This document shows, one piece after another, positions 17,221 through 26,892 of a DNA stretch of 64,000 nucleotides (its first letter is position 1; each line of letters starts with the position of its first letter). Below the pieces are notes generated by a model that was given only the letters and a program-made list of their open reading frames with translations, was not told the DNA's origin and ran no database searches. Both the position numbers and the translations under genes were made by a program. Source of the DNA: Candidatus Omnitrophota bacterium (lineage in GTDB: Bacteria; Omnitrophota; Gorgyraeia; Pluralincolimonadales; CAZUZR01); the NCBI GenBank assembly GCA_043821025.1, contig JBDRDF010000032.1:11261-75260 (forward strand). Direction: 5' to 3'.

Positions 17221-19596
17221 ATGAAATACGGATATTTCAGCGAAGACGGTAAGGAATATATCATCGACAGTCCGCTTACCCCGCGGCCGTGGTTTAACTA
17301 CCTTTTTAATAAAAAATATCACGCCCTTGTATCGCAAACAGGCGGCGGATTTAGTTATTATAAGGACCCCAAGGTTAACAGGATATTGCGCTACGATCAC
17401 ATCCATACCGACCGTCCGGGTAGATATCTATTTCTGCGCGATGAAACTACGAACGAATTCTGGTCAGCAAATTGGCAGCCGTTGAAATCCAAATTGGATT
17501 TTTGGCAATGCCGTCACGGTTTAGGCTATAGCGTAATCGCCTCTAAATATAAAGGAATAGGGACGGAACTGACCTATTTTGTGAATTTACAAGAGCCAGT
17601 CGAATTCTGGCTCATCAAAGTAAAAAATGATTCTAAGCGCAAGAAGATCTTAAAGATTTTTCCATTTGCGGAATTGGTTTGCGGTAATATCGAATTAGAG
17701 AATAATTATAGGAATATACTTTGTTTATATAATGAGGGGTATTTCGATAAGAAATTAAACGGCATAGTTTCTTTTAAACACCCGTTTAAAAAAGAACATA
17801 AGGTAACTTATACCTTTTTTGGTATGGATGAAAAGATAGATGCTTTCGATTGCCACAAAGGAAAGTACTTCGGCCGTTACAACGATAATCAAAATTCCGA
17901 AACCTTAAAGCGTGGCAAGTTGGGTAATAACAATGTTCGCGGCGAAGATATGGTAGCTGTCTTGGAGAAAAAATTAATTTTAAAGCCAGGTCAAAAAAAA
18001 GAGATCGTGGTTATTTTGGGCGTTGCCGAAAGCGAGCGCGATTTAAAAAGAATAGCGAAATTTAAAAATTTGAAATTTGCTAAAAATTCTTTAAAGGCAA
18101 ATAAGCTATATTGGGAAAAGGCATTGGATAAGATCATAGTTAAGACGCCGGATCCAGATTTCGATCTAATGGTGAATATCTGGGGCAGATATCAACTATA
18201 TGCCATTACTTGCTGGCGCGGCACTTCCCAATATCACGGCGGAGAAGGTGGATTGGGCTATCGCGATACCGCTCAGGACATTGAGGGGCTTTTGGCTTTG
18301 GATTTAGATTTGGCAAGAGAAAAATTAGACAAGATACTTTATTATCAATATAACTCTGGCCATGCTGTCTCCGGTTTTTCGGATGTAGAGGGTTCTTGGG
18401 ATAAGCACACAGGCAGTATTGTAATAGGAAAGGCGGATGTGGCTATTTGGTTGGTTTTTACAGTGATCTCATATCTTAAAGAGACAGGGGATTTCAAGTT
18501 CTTAAAAAAGGAATATGGCTTTCACGATGGCGGAAAAACCACTGTATATGAACATATACTAAGAGCGATAAGATATTTATATAGTCAGCGCGGAAGACAC
18601 GGCCTTCCGTTTATTAAAAAGGCTGATTGGAATGACGCTTATGACTCGGTCGGAATAAAAGGAAAAGGAGAAAGCGTCTGGCTTGGGATGGCGTTGGTTA
18701 GAGCCTGTCGGCAAATAGAATCGTTGGCTAATTTTATTGGCGATAGAAAAATAGCCGAGGAGATGAAAGAGAAATCCCGTCTCTTAACCAAAATCATTAA
18801 TAGAGCGGGATGGGATGGAAATTGGTACTTAGCAGCTTTTAACGACGAAGGATTTAAGATAGGGTCAAATAAAAACAAAGAGGGCAAAGTGCCTCTTAAT
18901 AGCCAAACCTGGGCGATTTTGAGCGAACTAGTTCCGCGGGAGAGACTTAAAAAAATCCTAAATAAGATCGACAATTATTTAAATACCGAATATGGCCCGG
19001 TATTATTTTTGCCGTCCTATACAAAATTTAATCCCGGAATCGGAAGGGTTACTGCATTCGCCGCCGGAACGAAGGAAAATGCAGCTGTCTTTTCTCATGC
19101 CTGCGCTTTTAAAATTGTGGCGGATTGTATATTAGGTCGGGGCGATAAAGCCCACGAGACATTTAAAAAATTATGTCCTATGAGTAAAGCTAAGAGCGAT
19201 CACGATAAATATAAAGCCGAGCCATACGTATGGGCAGAATATGTTATCGGGCCAGGAAATAAGGACAATTTCGGCGAAGGTGCATTTACATGGAATACCG
19301 GCACAGCACCATGGATGTTTATGGCTGCCTGCGAATGGATATTAGGGGCGAGGAGGGATTTCGGAGGGCTGCTAATCGACCCGTGCATACCAAAGCACTG
19401 GAGGAGATGTTCTATAAAAAGGCCTTTTAGAGGAGCGACCTATTTGGTCGAAATCGAGAACCCTAAAGGGGTGGAGCATGGGGTTGATAAGCTTATAGTC
19501 GACGGCGTCGAAGTAAAAGGAAATTTAATCAAGCCTCACGGCGACGGAAGAACTCATAACGTTAAGGTGATAATGGGCAATGGTAGGGATAGGTAA
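17221..19596 (+). CDS. GH94 glycoside phosphorylase (cellobiose/chitobiose phosphorylase-like size)
   Basis: TPRPWFNYL, GLGYRDTAQD, catalytic KADWND, GESVW, KENAAVFSHA and WNTGTAPW. Confidence 0.9.
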   Translation: MKYGYFSEDGKEYIIDSPLTPRPWFNYLFNKKYHALVSQTGGGFSYYKDPKVNRILRYDHIHTDRPGRYLFLRDETTNEFWSANWQPLKSKLDFWQCRHGLGYSVIASKYKGIGTELTYFVNLQEPVEFWLIKVKNDSKRKKILKIFPFAELVCGNIELENNYRNILCLYNEGYFDKKLNGIVSFKHPFKKEHKVTYTFFGMDEKIDAFDCHKGKYFGRYNDNQNSETLKRGKLGNNNVRGEDMVAVLEKKLILKPGQKKEIVVILGVAESERDLKRIAKFKNLKFAKNSLKANKLYWEKALDKIIVKTPDPDFDLMVNIWGRYQLYAITCWRGTSQYHGGEGGLGYRDTAQDIEGLLALDLDLAREKLDKILYYQYNSGHAVSGFSDVEGSWDKHTGSIVIGKADVAIWLVFTVISYLKETGDFKFLKKEYGFHDGGKTTVYEHILRAIRYLYSQRGRHGLPFIKKADWNDAYDSVGIKGKGESVWLGMALVRACRQIESLANFIGDRKIAEEMKEKSRLLTKIINRAGWDGNWYLAAFNDEGFKIGSNKNKEGKVPLNSQTWAILSELVPRERLKKILNKIDNYLNTEYGPVLFLPSYTKFNPGIGRVTAFAAGTKENAAVFSHACAFKIVADCILGRGDKAHETFKKLCPMSKAKSDHDKYKAEPYVWAEYVIGPGNKDNFGEGAFTWNTGTAPWMFMAACEWILGARRDFGGLLIDPCIPKHWRRCSIKRPFRGATYLVEIENPKGVEHGVDKLIVDGVEVKGNLIKPHGDGRTHNVKVIMGNGRDR

Positions 19597-20698
19597 AAAT
19601 TTTTTAAAGGAAAGTAATCGAAGACTTATCTTAAAGGTCATCTATGAGAATTCACCTATATCGAGGACTCAGATAGTCAGGCATACGAATTTGAGTAAGG
19701 TAACCGTAACGAGGATCGTCAACGAATTGATTAAAAGCGGCCTTGTATTTGAAGGCGAGCAAACCGCTTCCAGCGGAGGCAGGCCTCAGGTTCTTATAAG
19801 GTTGATTCCCGACGCAAGGTATGCTATCGGTGCTGATATTGGAATTTCAGATGTTAAAATCGGTGTGTGCGATTTAAGGTGCAATGTACTTTTTAAGTTA
19901 GAAAAAAAGATCACGCCAAAGATCGAAAGTAACAAATTGGCCGAACTTTTATTTAATTCAGTAAAAGAACTGATAAGATCATCAAATGTTCATGCCGATA
20001 AGGTACTGGGAGTGGGAATCTCTATGCCCGGGGTTATAGACGCTGATAAAGGTATAGTCAAATCATCATTTATTTTAAGCGAACGAAATGTACCATTGGA
20101 GGGAATTTTGGAAAATAAACTTAAGTTGAACGTCGTTGTCGATAGAGACGCTAACGCAGGATTATTTTACGAAAGATTTATGGGTAAAGGCAAGGATATC
20201 GATGATATACTATATATTTATACCCGTAAGAATGAAGCGGGAGAAATGGGAGTCGGCTGCAGTTTCCTTCTTGATAGTCAGATATATCGCGGGGCGGATT
20301 ATTGCGCGGGAGAGATCGGTTTAGCCCACAGCGACGATGAAAAAGAAGCGATTTTTGAGCCATTTTCTTCTTATGAATCAATCCCGTTTCGCAACGCTAT
20401 GCAAGCCGCAAAAAATGGAGATGAACAAGCAAATAAAATTTTATTCGAGGTAGGTGAAAAGATCGGACAGGGAATTTCATTTTTGGTCAATTTGCTAAAT
20501 CCGAAATTGGTGATCGTAGGCGGAGATTTTTCCATGGCGGGAGAGCCGTTTTTTAAATCGCTGGCAAATTCTCTTGAGAGGCATATTTTTGATTTTTCAA
20601 CTAAAGATATAAAGCTCGAATCCTCTTCAGCCGACGAATATTCCGGTATAAAAGCAGCTGCCTTTATGGTCATAGCTAAAACAGTGGGATATAAATGA
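19580..20698 (+). CDS. ROK-family (XylR/NagC-like) transcriptional repressor
   Basis: N-terminal wHTH (ISRTQIV...LSKVTVTRIVNEL, GGRP); GISMPG, DANA, AGEIG and LLNPKLVIVGG. Confidence 0.9.
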   Translation: MVGIGKNFLKESNRRLILKVIYENSPISRTQIVRHTNLSKVTVTRIVNELIKSGLVFEGEQTASSGGRPQVLIRLIPDARYAIGADIGISDVKIGVCDLRCNVLFKLEKKITPKIESNKLAELLFNSVKELIRSSNVHADKVLGVGISMPGVIDADKGIVKSSFILSERNVPLEGILENKLKLNVVVDRDANAGLFYERFMGKGKDIDDILYIYTRKNEAGEMGVGCSFLLDSQIYRGADYCAGEIGLAHSDDEKEAIFEPFSSYESIPFRNAMQAAKNGDEQANKILFEVGEKIGQGISFLVNLLNPKLVIVGGDFSMAGEPFFKSLANSLERHIFDFSTKDIKLESSSADEYSGIKAAAFMVIAKTVGYK

Positions 20699-20714
20699 GA
20701 AAGGAGGAGATGTA

Positions 20715-21335
20715 ATGAAAAGGAATATTAAATTTTGTTGTGCGCTATTAGTCTGCATGTTTTTTGTATTTAGCGCTTTTAAAACAGCTGAAGCAGAGGT
20801 AAAGTTGATAGATGATTTTAAAGGACAGGAAAACCTTTTAGGTGGGAAAAGCAATGTGTACCAGCAGGAACCTTCCAGAGCCTACCTTAGTAGAAAGGCA
20901 GTAGAACGAGATGGAAAGAGCGAGATGGTGCTTATGATCAAATACGATAAGAAGAACAAGGGTGGCTCTTATGACTCCGGAGGCTGGTGCGGCTATTATA
21001 CCTTGCTCAAGACAGATAGCACATATTTTGACATTTCAAAGTATAAAAATCTTACATTGTGGGTTAAAGGCGCCCAAGGAGATGAAAATTTTAAAGTGGG
21101 ATTAGCGGATAGGCATTGGGAGCAAGCAGATGATTCAGTCAAATCCGACCAGATAGGCGCCTATCTTAAAGCAGGGAAAATAACCACTGATTGGCAGAAG
21201 GCGACCATACCCCTAAATCTATTCTTAATCGATTTTACCGAAATGTCTTCGCTCGCTATATGTTTTGAAAGCGAGTGTTTTCCTGACGGCAGTGGCATGG
21301 GCACAGTTTATATTGACGATATAGCCTTAGAGTAA
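20715..21335 (+). CDS. Secreted single CBM11/CIA30-like protein
   Basis: Signal peptide; LIDDF, GGWCGYYTLL, WVKG, DWQKATIPL and VYIDDI. Confidence 0.75.
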   Translation: MKRNIKFCCALLVCMFFVFSAFKTAEAEVKLIDDFKGQENLLGGKSNVYQQEPSRAYLSRKAVERDGKSEMVLMIKYDKKNKGGSYDSGGWCGYYTLLKTDSTYFDISKYKNLTLWVKGAQGDENFKVGLADRHWEQADDSVKSDQIGAYLKAGKITTDWQKATIPLNLFLIDFTEMSSLAICFESECFPDGSGMGTVYIDDIALE

Positions 21336-21339
21336 ACAG

Positions 21340-23610
21340 ATGGGACTTAATTTTAAAGGGAATAAAAAAGTATTCTTCATAATAGCGATTGTAGTTATTA
21401 TTTTGTTTATAGCGGCGACATCTATATTTTTCGTTACAGAGATACAGGAATTCAAAGAGAAAATCTTTGAAATAGTAGAAAAGCCTAAAGGGGAATTATT
21501 AAAGCCAATTCTAATCGACGATTTTAACAAAGGTTTTACCAGCGGCCTATTTTATGAACGGATTAATTCCCTCGGGGGCTACCAAGGTACTTGGGCGAAG
21601 AGACCATCCTATAGCCTTATAAATAAGAGCTCAGAAGATAGAATCGGAGAAAAAGGCAAAGCATTAGTTATAGAGTTTAAGAAGGAAGCCGGTTGGTGCG
21701 GCTGGTATACATTATTAAATGGGCTTGATGCCAGCAGATATAATACGTTAAGTTTCTGGGTTAAAGGTGCCGAAGGAGGAGAAAAGTTTGATATAGGCAT
21801 TGCGGATAGCGAAATGCAAGAATTGGAGATAGATGCTGTTTATATTGGAAGTATAAATGCCTTTCTGCGGAAAGGAGTTACCAAGCGTTGGCAGGAGGTA
21901 AAGATTCCATTGTCTAGGATAGCCGGTGAGGTCAATTTTTCATCGTTAGGATCGGTTGTTTTCTGGTTTAAATATGCGGGAGCAGGCAAGATTTATGTGG
22001 ACGATATGATGTTCAGAGATGACCCGGAGATCGCAAGGATTGAAAGGTATAATACCCCAAAGGCAAGATATGCCCGCAGACATCCCCGAGCGATGTGGGT
22101 TTGGAAGACAGACCCGATAATCAATTTGATTGCGAGAGAAAAACTGTTTGAATTTTGCAGGACAGCAGCTATTAAGACCATCTATCTTTATCTTGGGGAT
22201 TTACCAGAAGACACCGAAAAGTTGAGCCAATTCTTAACGGAAGCCCATAACAAGAAAATTTTGGTAGAGGCCTTGACGGGTAACCCCGTATGGTGCCTTA
22301 GTGAAAATCACCAGCTGACCTTGAATTGGATTAAGTCGTTCCTGGAATATAATAAATTCAGGATTTCACGAGAACGGATCGATGGAATCTCTTTGGACGT
22401 CGAGCCATATTTGACATCTGAGTGGGTGCAGGATAGGGAGTCCGTTAAGCGGCAGTATATTGAAATGCTAAGGAAGTGTAGACAACTCATCGATTCCTAT
22501 GAACAGGATTTTCGCTTTGGAGTGGCAATTCCGATATTTTTCGACAAAGAGGAAGATGGACTTTTTGAACAGAGAACGTTAGAGTTAGTCGATTATTGCG
22601 CTTTAATGGATTATTATGATGACGCTCCAAATTTAATCAAAAATGCAAAAAACCATATCGCATTAGCCAAAAAGGCTGGCAAGAAGATGGTCGTGGGAGT
22701 GGAGACACAAGACCTTATCAGTATGCACCAGGGTTTAAGGCGCAATACATTTTTTGAAGAAGGTTGGGAAGCAATGGAGAAGGCGTTGTTGAAACTTATA
22801 AAGAAATATAAGAATAGCCCCGCTTTTGAAGGTGTTGCAATTCATTGTTACGAAAGCTACAGGCTTCTTCCAAAAGGAAGGAACGTCCCGACAAAGGAGA
22901 GGCCAAAAGACGTCCGTTCGTTTGCTTCCATTGGGAGAAGAGGCCGGATAATAATCGATGGACGGTTAGACGATTGGGATACCTCGCTACCTTTCCTTCT
23001 CGATAAGAAGGAAGATATAGTGTTTGGAAGCGGCGGTTGGAAAGGCAAGGAGGATTTTAGCGTCGAAGTTTTTAGCCAGTGGGATGCAGAAAATCTATAT
23101 TTCGCTTTTAAGATAAAAGATGATAAGTTAGTTCAGGAGAAAAGCGAAGGCGATATGTGGGAAGGAGATCACGTAGAGCTTTGGTTAGATGTCGACCTTC
23201 TTGGGGATTATAATGAAGCGATCAATAGCAGTGACGATTTTCAATTTGGATTTAGCCCGGGTAATTTTTCAACGCTACCCGCAGAGGTATACATTTGGAC
23301 TCCCCCCTTAGAAGATATGAATTACAAAGACTACATAGCGATAGGGTCGGCGAAGGTCGACAATGGATATATTATAGAAGCGAAAATTCCTAAAGGAGTC
23401 CTATTTTCCAAGCTGAATGAAGATAGGAAAGTTGAGGCGGAGCCGCTTAATGAATTGCCGAAGCGTTTTTCTAAGGGCATGAAGATGGGAATCGGCATAG
23501 ACCCCAGCGAGTGCGATGGCTTAAATGAACCGCAGAAACTTATGATGTCGTCGGCTAAAGAGAGGATTTGGGGCGATCCGACAACATTTATCATATTGGA
23601 GTTAAAATGA
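21340..23610 (+). CDS. Membrane-anchored modular protein: CBM11-like + RAMWVW-family TIM barrel + CBM9/DOMON-like domain
   Basis: N-terminal TM; GWCGWYTLL; RAMWVW, IDGISLDVEPY, MDY, GVETQ and GVAIHCY; IDGRLDDW...WDAENLYFAFKIKDD. Confidence 0.75.
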   Translation: MGLNFKGNKKVFFIIAIVVIILFIAATSIFFVTEIQEFKEKIFEIVEKPKGELLKPILIDDFNKGFTSGLFYERINSLGGYQGTWAKRPSYSLINKSSEDRIGEKGKALVIEFKKEAGWCGWYTLLNGLDASRYNTLSFWVKGAEGGEKFDIGIADSEMQELEIDAVYIGSINAFLRKGVTKRWQEVKIPLSRIAGEVNFSSLGSVVFWFKYAGAGKIYVDDMMFRDDPEIARIERYNTPKARYARRHPRAMWVWKTDPIINLIAREKLFEFCRTAAIKTIYLYLGDLPEDTEKLSQFLTEAHNKKILVEALTGNPVWCLSENHQLTLNWIKSFLEYNKFRISRERIDGISLDVEPYLTSEWVQDRESVKRQYIEMLRKCRQLIDSYEQDFRFGVAIPIFFDKEEDGLFEQRTLELVDYCALMDYYDDAPNLIKNAKNHIALAKKAGKKMVVGVETQDLISMHQGLRRNTFFEEGWEAMEKALLKLIKKYKNSPAFEGVAIHCYESYRLLPKGRNVPTKERPKDVRSFASIGRRGRIIIDGRLDDWDTSLPFLLDKKEDIVFGSGGWKGKEDFSVEVFSQWDAENLYFAFKIKDDKLVQEKSEGDMWEGDHVELWLDVDLLGDYNEAINSSDDFQFGFSPGNFSTLPAEVYIWTPPLEDMNYKDYIAIGSAKVDNGYIIEAKIPKGVLFSKLNEDRKVEAEPLNELPKRFSKGMKMGIGIDPSECDGLNEPQKLMMSSAKERIWGDPTTFIILELK

Positions 23611-24866
23611 TTAGAAAGATTACGCTGGCAGGGATATTTATTATTTTATTGTGCAGGAATAACCTCGCTTATCCGGATGGGGTGCTCCTCCAAGACATGC
23701 CGCAGCTTCCTAAAGATGCTGCTCTCGACGAAAGGGAAGATATGTTCGGATATCGAGGCAGGGTGGGCGCATTTGTTCTACCCCCTTCTAGGGTAGGGGT
23801 CTATTTTGATGATTCGGAAAATTATGTCCCTGCCGGTAAGGAGGTAAAAGAACCGACCGAAGCACCTAAGGTAGATACTGGCGTAAAAGGTGGCGTGAAA
23901 GAATTTATGCGAGAAGATGAGTCGATCAAGATAACATATGAAAAGGCAGTAGGAGATAAGACTTTTTGCGGGGCATATATTGTAATCAAAGGCGACCTGT
24001 CCAAATATAAAACTATGACTTTTATGATTAAGGGAAAAACAGGCGAGGAAACATTTGAAATCGGAATGAACGATGTCATATCCAATCGCAGAGAGGATGC
24101 GGTTATGATTGGCTCCGTCCATCGTTTTTTGTCAGACGGCATAACGAACGATTGGCAGGAAGTGAAAATTCCACTTTCGGATTTTTATGGGCCGGATTTA
24201 TCGAAAGTTTATAGTATAATTTTTCATTTTAACGAAGAGGGAAAAGGAACTTTCTGGATCGATGACATCCGTTTCCACGAAGAACTCTTGGTCGATAGAG
24301 AAAAGGAGATTCGAAAGAAGGGATACCTTCTTTTAGACGATTTCGATCACGCAACCACGGTGAACCTTTTGGCTCGGAAAACGAACACGTATAAGAAATT
24401 GCCGTCGGTTTGTCGTATGGCGTGGGATAAAAATGTCCGTTACGGAGATAAAGGGCGGTCACTAAAATTAATTTATGATAAGAAATCGGCGGGTTGGTGC
24501 GGGTATTATACCCTGCTTAACCAAATTGACGGAGAATATTACGATTTATCCGGCTATGACAGGGTATCTTTTATGGTCAGGGGAGAGAAAGGCGGTGAAT
24601 CCTTCGAGTTGGGTATGGCTGACAAAAATTGGCTTATCATCGGAGATTCTTTAAAGGCAGGGCAAATCGAGAAATATCTTCCTTCCGGAGTTACTACCGA
24701 ATGGCAAGAGGCGGTAATTCCATTGAAGGATTTTGGGATGTTGGATTTTTCGGAGATGGGTTCCTTCGTCATCAATTTTAATAAAAAACAGAGCAGCGTC
24801 GTTTATATCGATGATATTAAGTTTCATTTAACCAAATCAGAAAGAAAAGAAGGAGGGGGCCAATGA
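23607..24866 (+). CDS. Secreted protein with two tandem CBM11/CIA30-like domains
   Basis: ATGA overlap with the upstream stop; two repeats ending FWIDDIRF and VYIDDIKF; FCGAY and WCGYY motifs. Confidence 0.75.
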   Translation: MIRKITLAGIFIILLCRNNLAYPDGVLLQDMPQLPKDAALDEREDMFGYRGRVGAFVLPPSRVGVYFDDSENYVPAGKEVKEPTEAPKVDTGVKGGVKEFMREDESIKITYEKAVGDKTFCGAYIVIKGDLSKYKTMTFMIKGKTGEETFEIGMNDVISNRREDAVMIGSVHRFLSDGITNDWQEVKIPLSDFYGPDLSKVYSIIFHFNEEGKGTFWIDDIRFHEELLVDREKEIRKKGYLLLDDFDHATTVNLLARKTNTYKKLPSVCRMAWDKNVRYGDKGRSLKLIYDKKSAGWCGYYTLLNQIDGEYYDLSGYDRVSFMVRGEKGGESFELGMADKNWLIIGDSLKAGQIEKYLPSGVTTEWQEAVIPLKDFGMLDFSEMGSFVINFNKKQSSVVYIDDIKFHLTKSERKEGGGQ

Positions 24867-25528
24867 GGATTTCATTTTTCTTATTGTTTGCGATTATATG
24901 CGTAACGAGCTTTATTTTCGAAGCTTATGCTGAAGAGACTGAAGCTGAAGGATATTCTGTGGCAAAAGTCCCGGAGATGAAATTCAAAATCGATGATTTT
25001 GAAAGAAACGAGATGCTAAATTATTTGAACGGCAAGGCGAATGTGTATGTTATGGCACCTTCTCGAATTATGGTCTCTGTAAGAGAAGATGTATATCAGG
25101 GAGAGAAGACCAATGTTTTAATGCTTAAATACGATAAGAAGAACGAAGGCGGCCCTTATGAAACCGGCGGTTGGTGTGGGTATTACTCCCTTTTAAAGAA
25201 CGAGAAGAAAGGGGAATATTTCAATGCCAGCAGGTTCAAATATCTGACCTTTTTAGTTAAAGGCACCAAGGGAGACGAGAATTTTAAAGTAGGCGTAGCG
25301 GACAGACATTGGGATAAAATCGGAGATTCCCTTAAATCGGAACCGATAGGAAAATATCTGTCTGCAGGAAAACTTACTACCGATTGGCAAATTGCCAGAA
25401 TTCCTTTGGATGTCTATTTTCTCGATTACACAAGATTATCCTCGATTGCAATATGTTTTGAGGGCGATTGTTTTCCCAACGGAGCGGGAAGCGGCACCGT
25501 TTATTTCGATAATGTCGCTTTTGAATAA
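24863..25528 (+). CDS. Secreted single CBM11/CIA30-like protein (close paralogue of 20715-21335)
   Basis: Shares KYDKKN.GG.Y..GGWCGYY.LLK, GDENFKVG.ADRHW and AICFE..CFP with the paralogue. Confidence 0.75.
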   Translation: MRISFFLLFAIICVTSFIFEAYAEETEAEGYSVAKVPEMKFKIDDFERNEMLNYLNGKANVYVMAPSRIMVSVREDVYQGEKTNVLMLKYDKKNEGGPYETGGWCGYYSLLKNEKKGEYFNASRFKYLTFLVKGTKGDENFKVGVADRHWDKIGDSLKSEPIGKYLSAGKLTTDWQIARIPLDVYFLDYTRLSSIAICFEGDCFPNGAGSGTVYFDNVAFE

Positions 25529-25535
25529 AAGGCAA

Positions 25536-26882
25536 ATGTTTAAAAGAATAAATATATACTTTCTTGTCCTTTTAATCACGGCAGGTTTTATATGCCAGGT
25601 ACAGGCGCAACCTGCTCATAAGACTAATCGTGCGATGTGGGTGTGGCATTCTTTGGGCCCTCAGCTCAAAGAAGAAGAAAGAAAAGAGCTCTTTTCTTTC
25701 TGCGAAAAATACGGAATAAACGAACTCTTTTTTCAACTCCAATATGTTTTTTTGGAAGACCAGCCAGAGATAAAATGTCAGATAGGATATGAGAACTTCC
25801 TGCGTTCTTTTCTAAAAGAAGCCCATAAAAGAAAAATAAAGATTCACGCATTAGATGGATATGCAGAATTTGTCCTGCGCCAAAATCATCCCCGCGTACT
25901 GGCTCAAGTAAAGGCGATACTCGAATTTAATGCACGAGGCAAACCGGATGAGAGATATGATGGCATCCATTTGGACAACGAGCCTTATCTTTTATTCGGT
26001 TTCGACGGTCCGCTTAAAGAGGAGATATTAAAACAATTTTTGGAATTAAATCAAAAATGTATGAATTTAGTTCGTGCTTCTGGACAACAAATCGTTTACG
26101 GCGTAGACATACCTTATTGGTTTGAAGAGTTAGATGAAAGGGGCGAGGTCAATTGTCCGGTAACTTTTAAGGGTTCAACCAAAGCAACAAGTTACCATAT
26201 AATAGATATAGTGGATAATGTGGGTATAATGGATTACAGGAATTTTGCGGAAGGGCCTGACGGAATAATCGGTCACGGCATAGACGAGATTAAATACGCC
26301 AGCAAGGTCGGGAAAAAGGTCTATGTAGGCGTTGAGACGTTTAGCGAAGAGCCGGTAAAGTTAATTTTTGTTTATGGATACCCCAAATACGAATTCAATA
26401 AAAGGCTTACGAGCATCGGAGGACAATTCGCTACTCGATTTAAATATAAAGGCCTACATATAGCAAAATTAAGCGACGGCGAGAATATCCACGCTGGCCT
26501 TGCAGTACCTTCGGATTTGAGCCGTCATCCGAACTTTAAAGATATTTTTTTGGAGGTTTGTAGAGTGCTCGGAAAAGATGTTTATGTTTTGGATAAGAAG
26601 GCAGTCGACGAGATGTTATTTAATACTGAAATTGCTGTTTCAAACAATATTGAATATGAAGGATTTAACGCCAAGATGATTCCATCCGATCGAGCAAATA
26701 GGGCATATCTTACTTTTGAGACATATAGGGTTACAATCCCCAAGACGACATTTGCTGGCATGGCCAAATCCGAATTGGAAAAAAATCTTGCGAAGGCGGA
26801 AGAAACATTTAAGGACTATCCTGGGTTTTATGGTTTTGCAATTCATTATTACGAGCCGTATAAGGCAATGAGAGAAGAGTAA
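25536..26882 (+). CDS. Secreted RAMWVW-family TIM-barrel protein with a large internal insertion
   Basis: Signal peptide from ATG 25536; RAMWVW, YDGIHLDNEPY, IMDY, VGVET and GFAIHYY. Confidence 0.7.
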   Translation: MFKRINIYFLVLLITAGFICQVQAQPAHKTNRAMWVWHSLGPQLKEEERKELFSFCEKYGINELFFQLQYVFLEDQPEIKCQIGYENFLRSFLKEAHKRKIKIHALDGYAEFVLRQNHPRVLAQVKAILEFNARGKPDERYDGIHLDNEPYLLFGFDGPLKEEILKQFLELNQKCMNLVRASGQQIVYGVDIPYWFEELDERGEVNCPVTFKGSTKATSYHIIDIVDNVGIMDYRNFAEGPDGIIGHGIDEIKYASKVGKKVYVGVETFSEEPVKLIFVYGYPKYEFNKRLTSIGGQFATRFKYKGLHIAKLSDGENIHAGLAVPSDLSRHPNFKDIFLEVCRVLGKDVYVLDKKAVDEMLFNTEIAVSNNIEYEGFNAKMIPSDRANRAYLTFETYRVTIPKTTFAGMAKSELEKNLAKAEETFKDYPGFYGFAIHYYEPYKAMREE

Positions 26883-26892
26883 AAGGAAAATT

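Noticed and set aside
260-19229. Identical 20-mer TATAAAGCCGAGCCATACGT at 260-279 and 19210-19229
   Set aside because: It encodes the conserved YKAEPYV motif in two GH94 paralogues; there is no sign of att sites or element boundaries.
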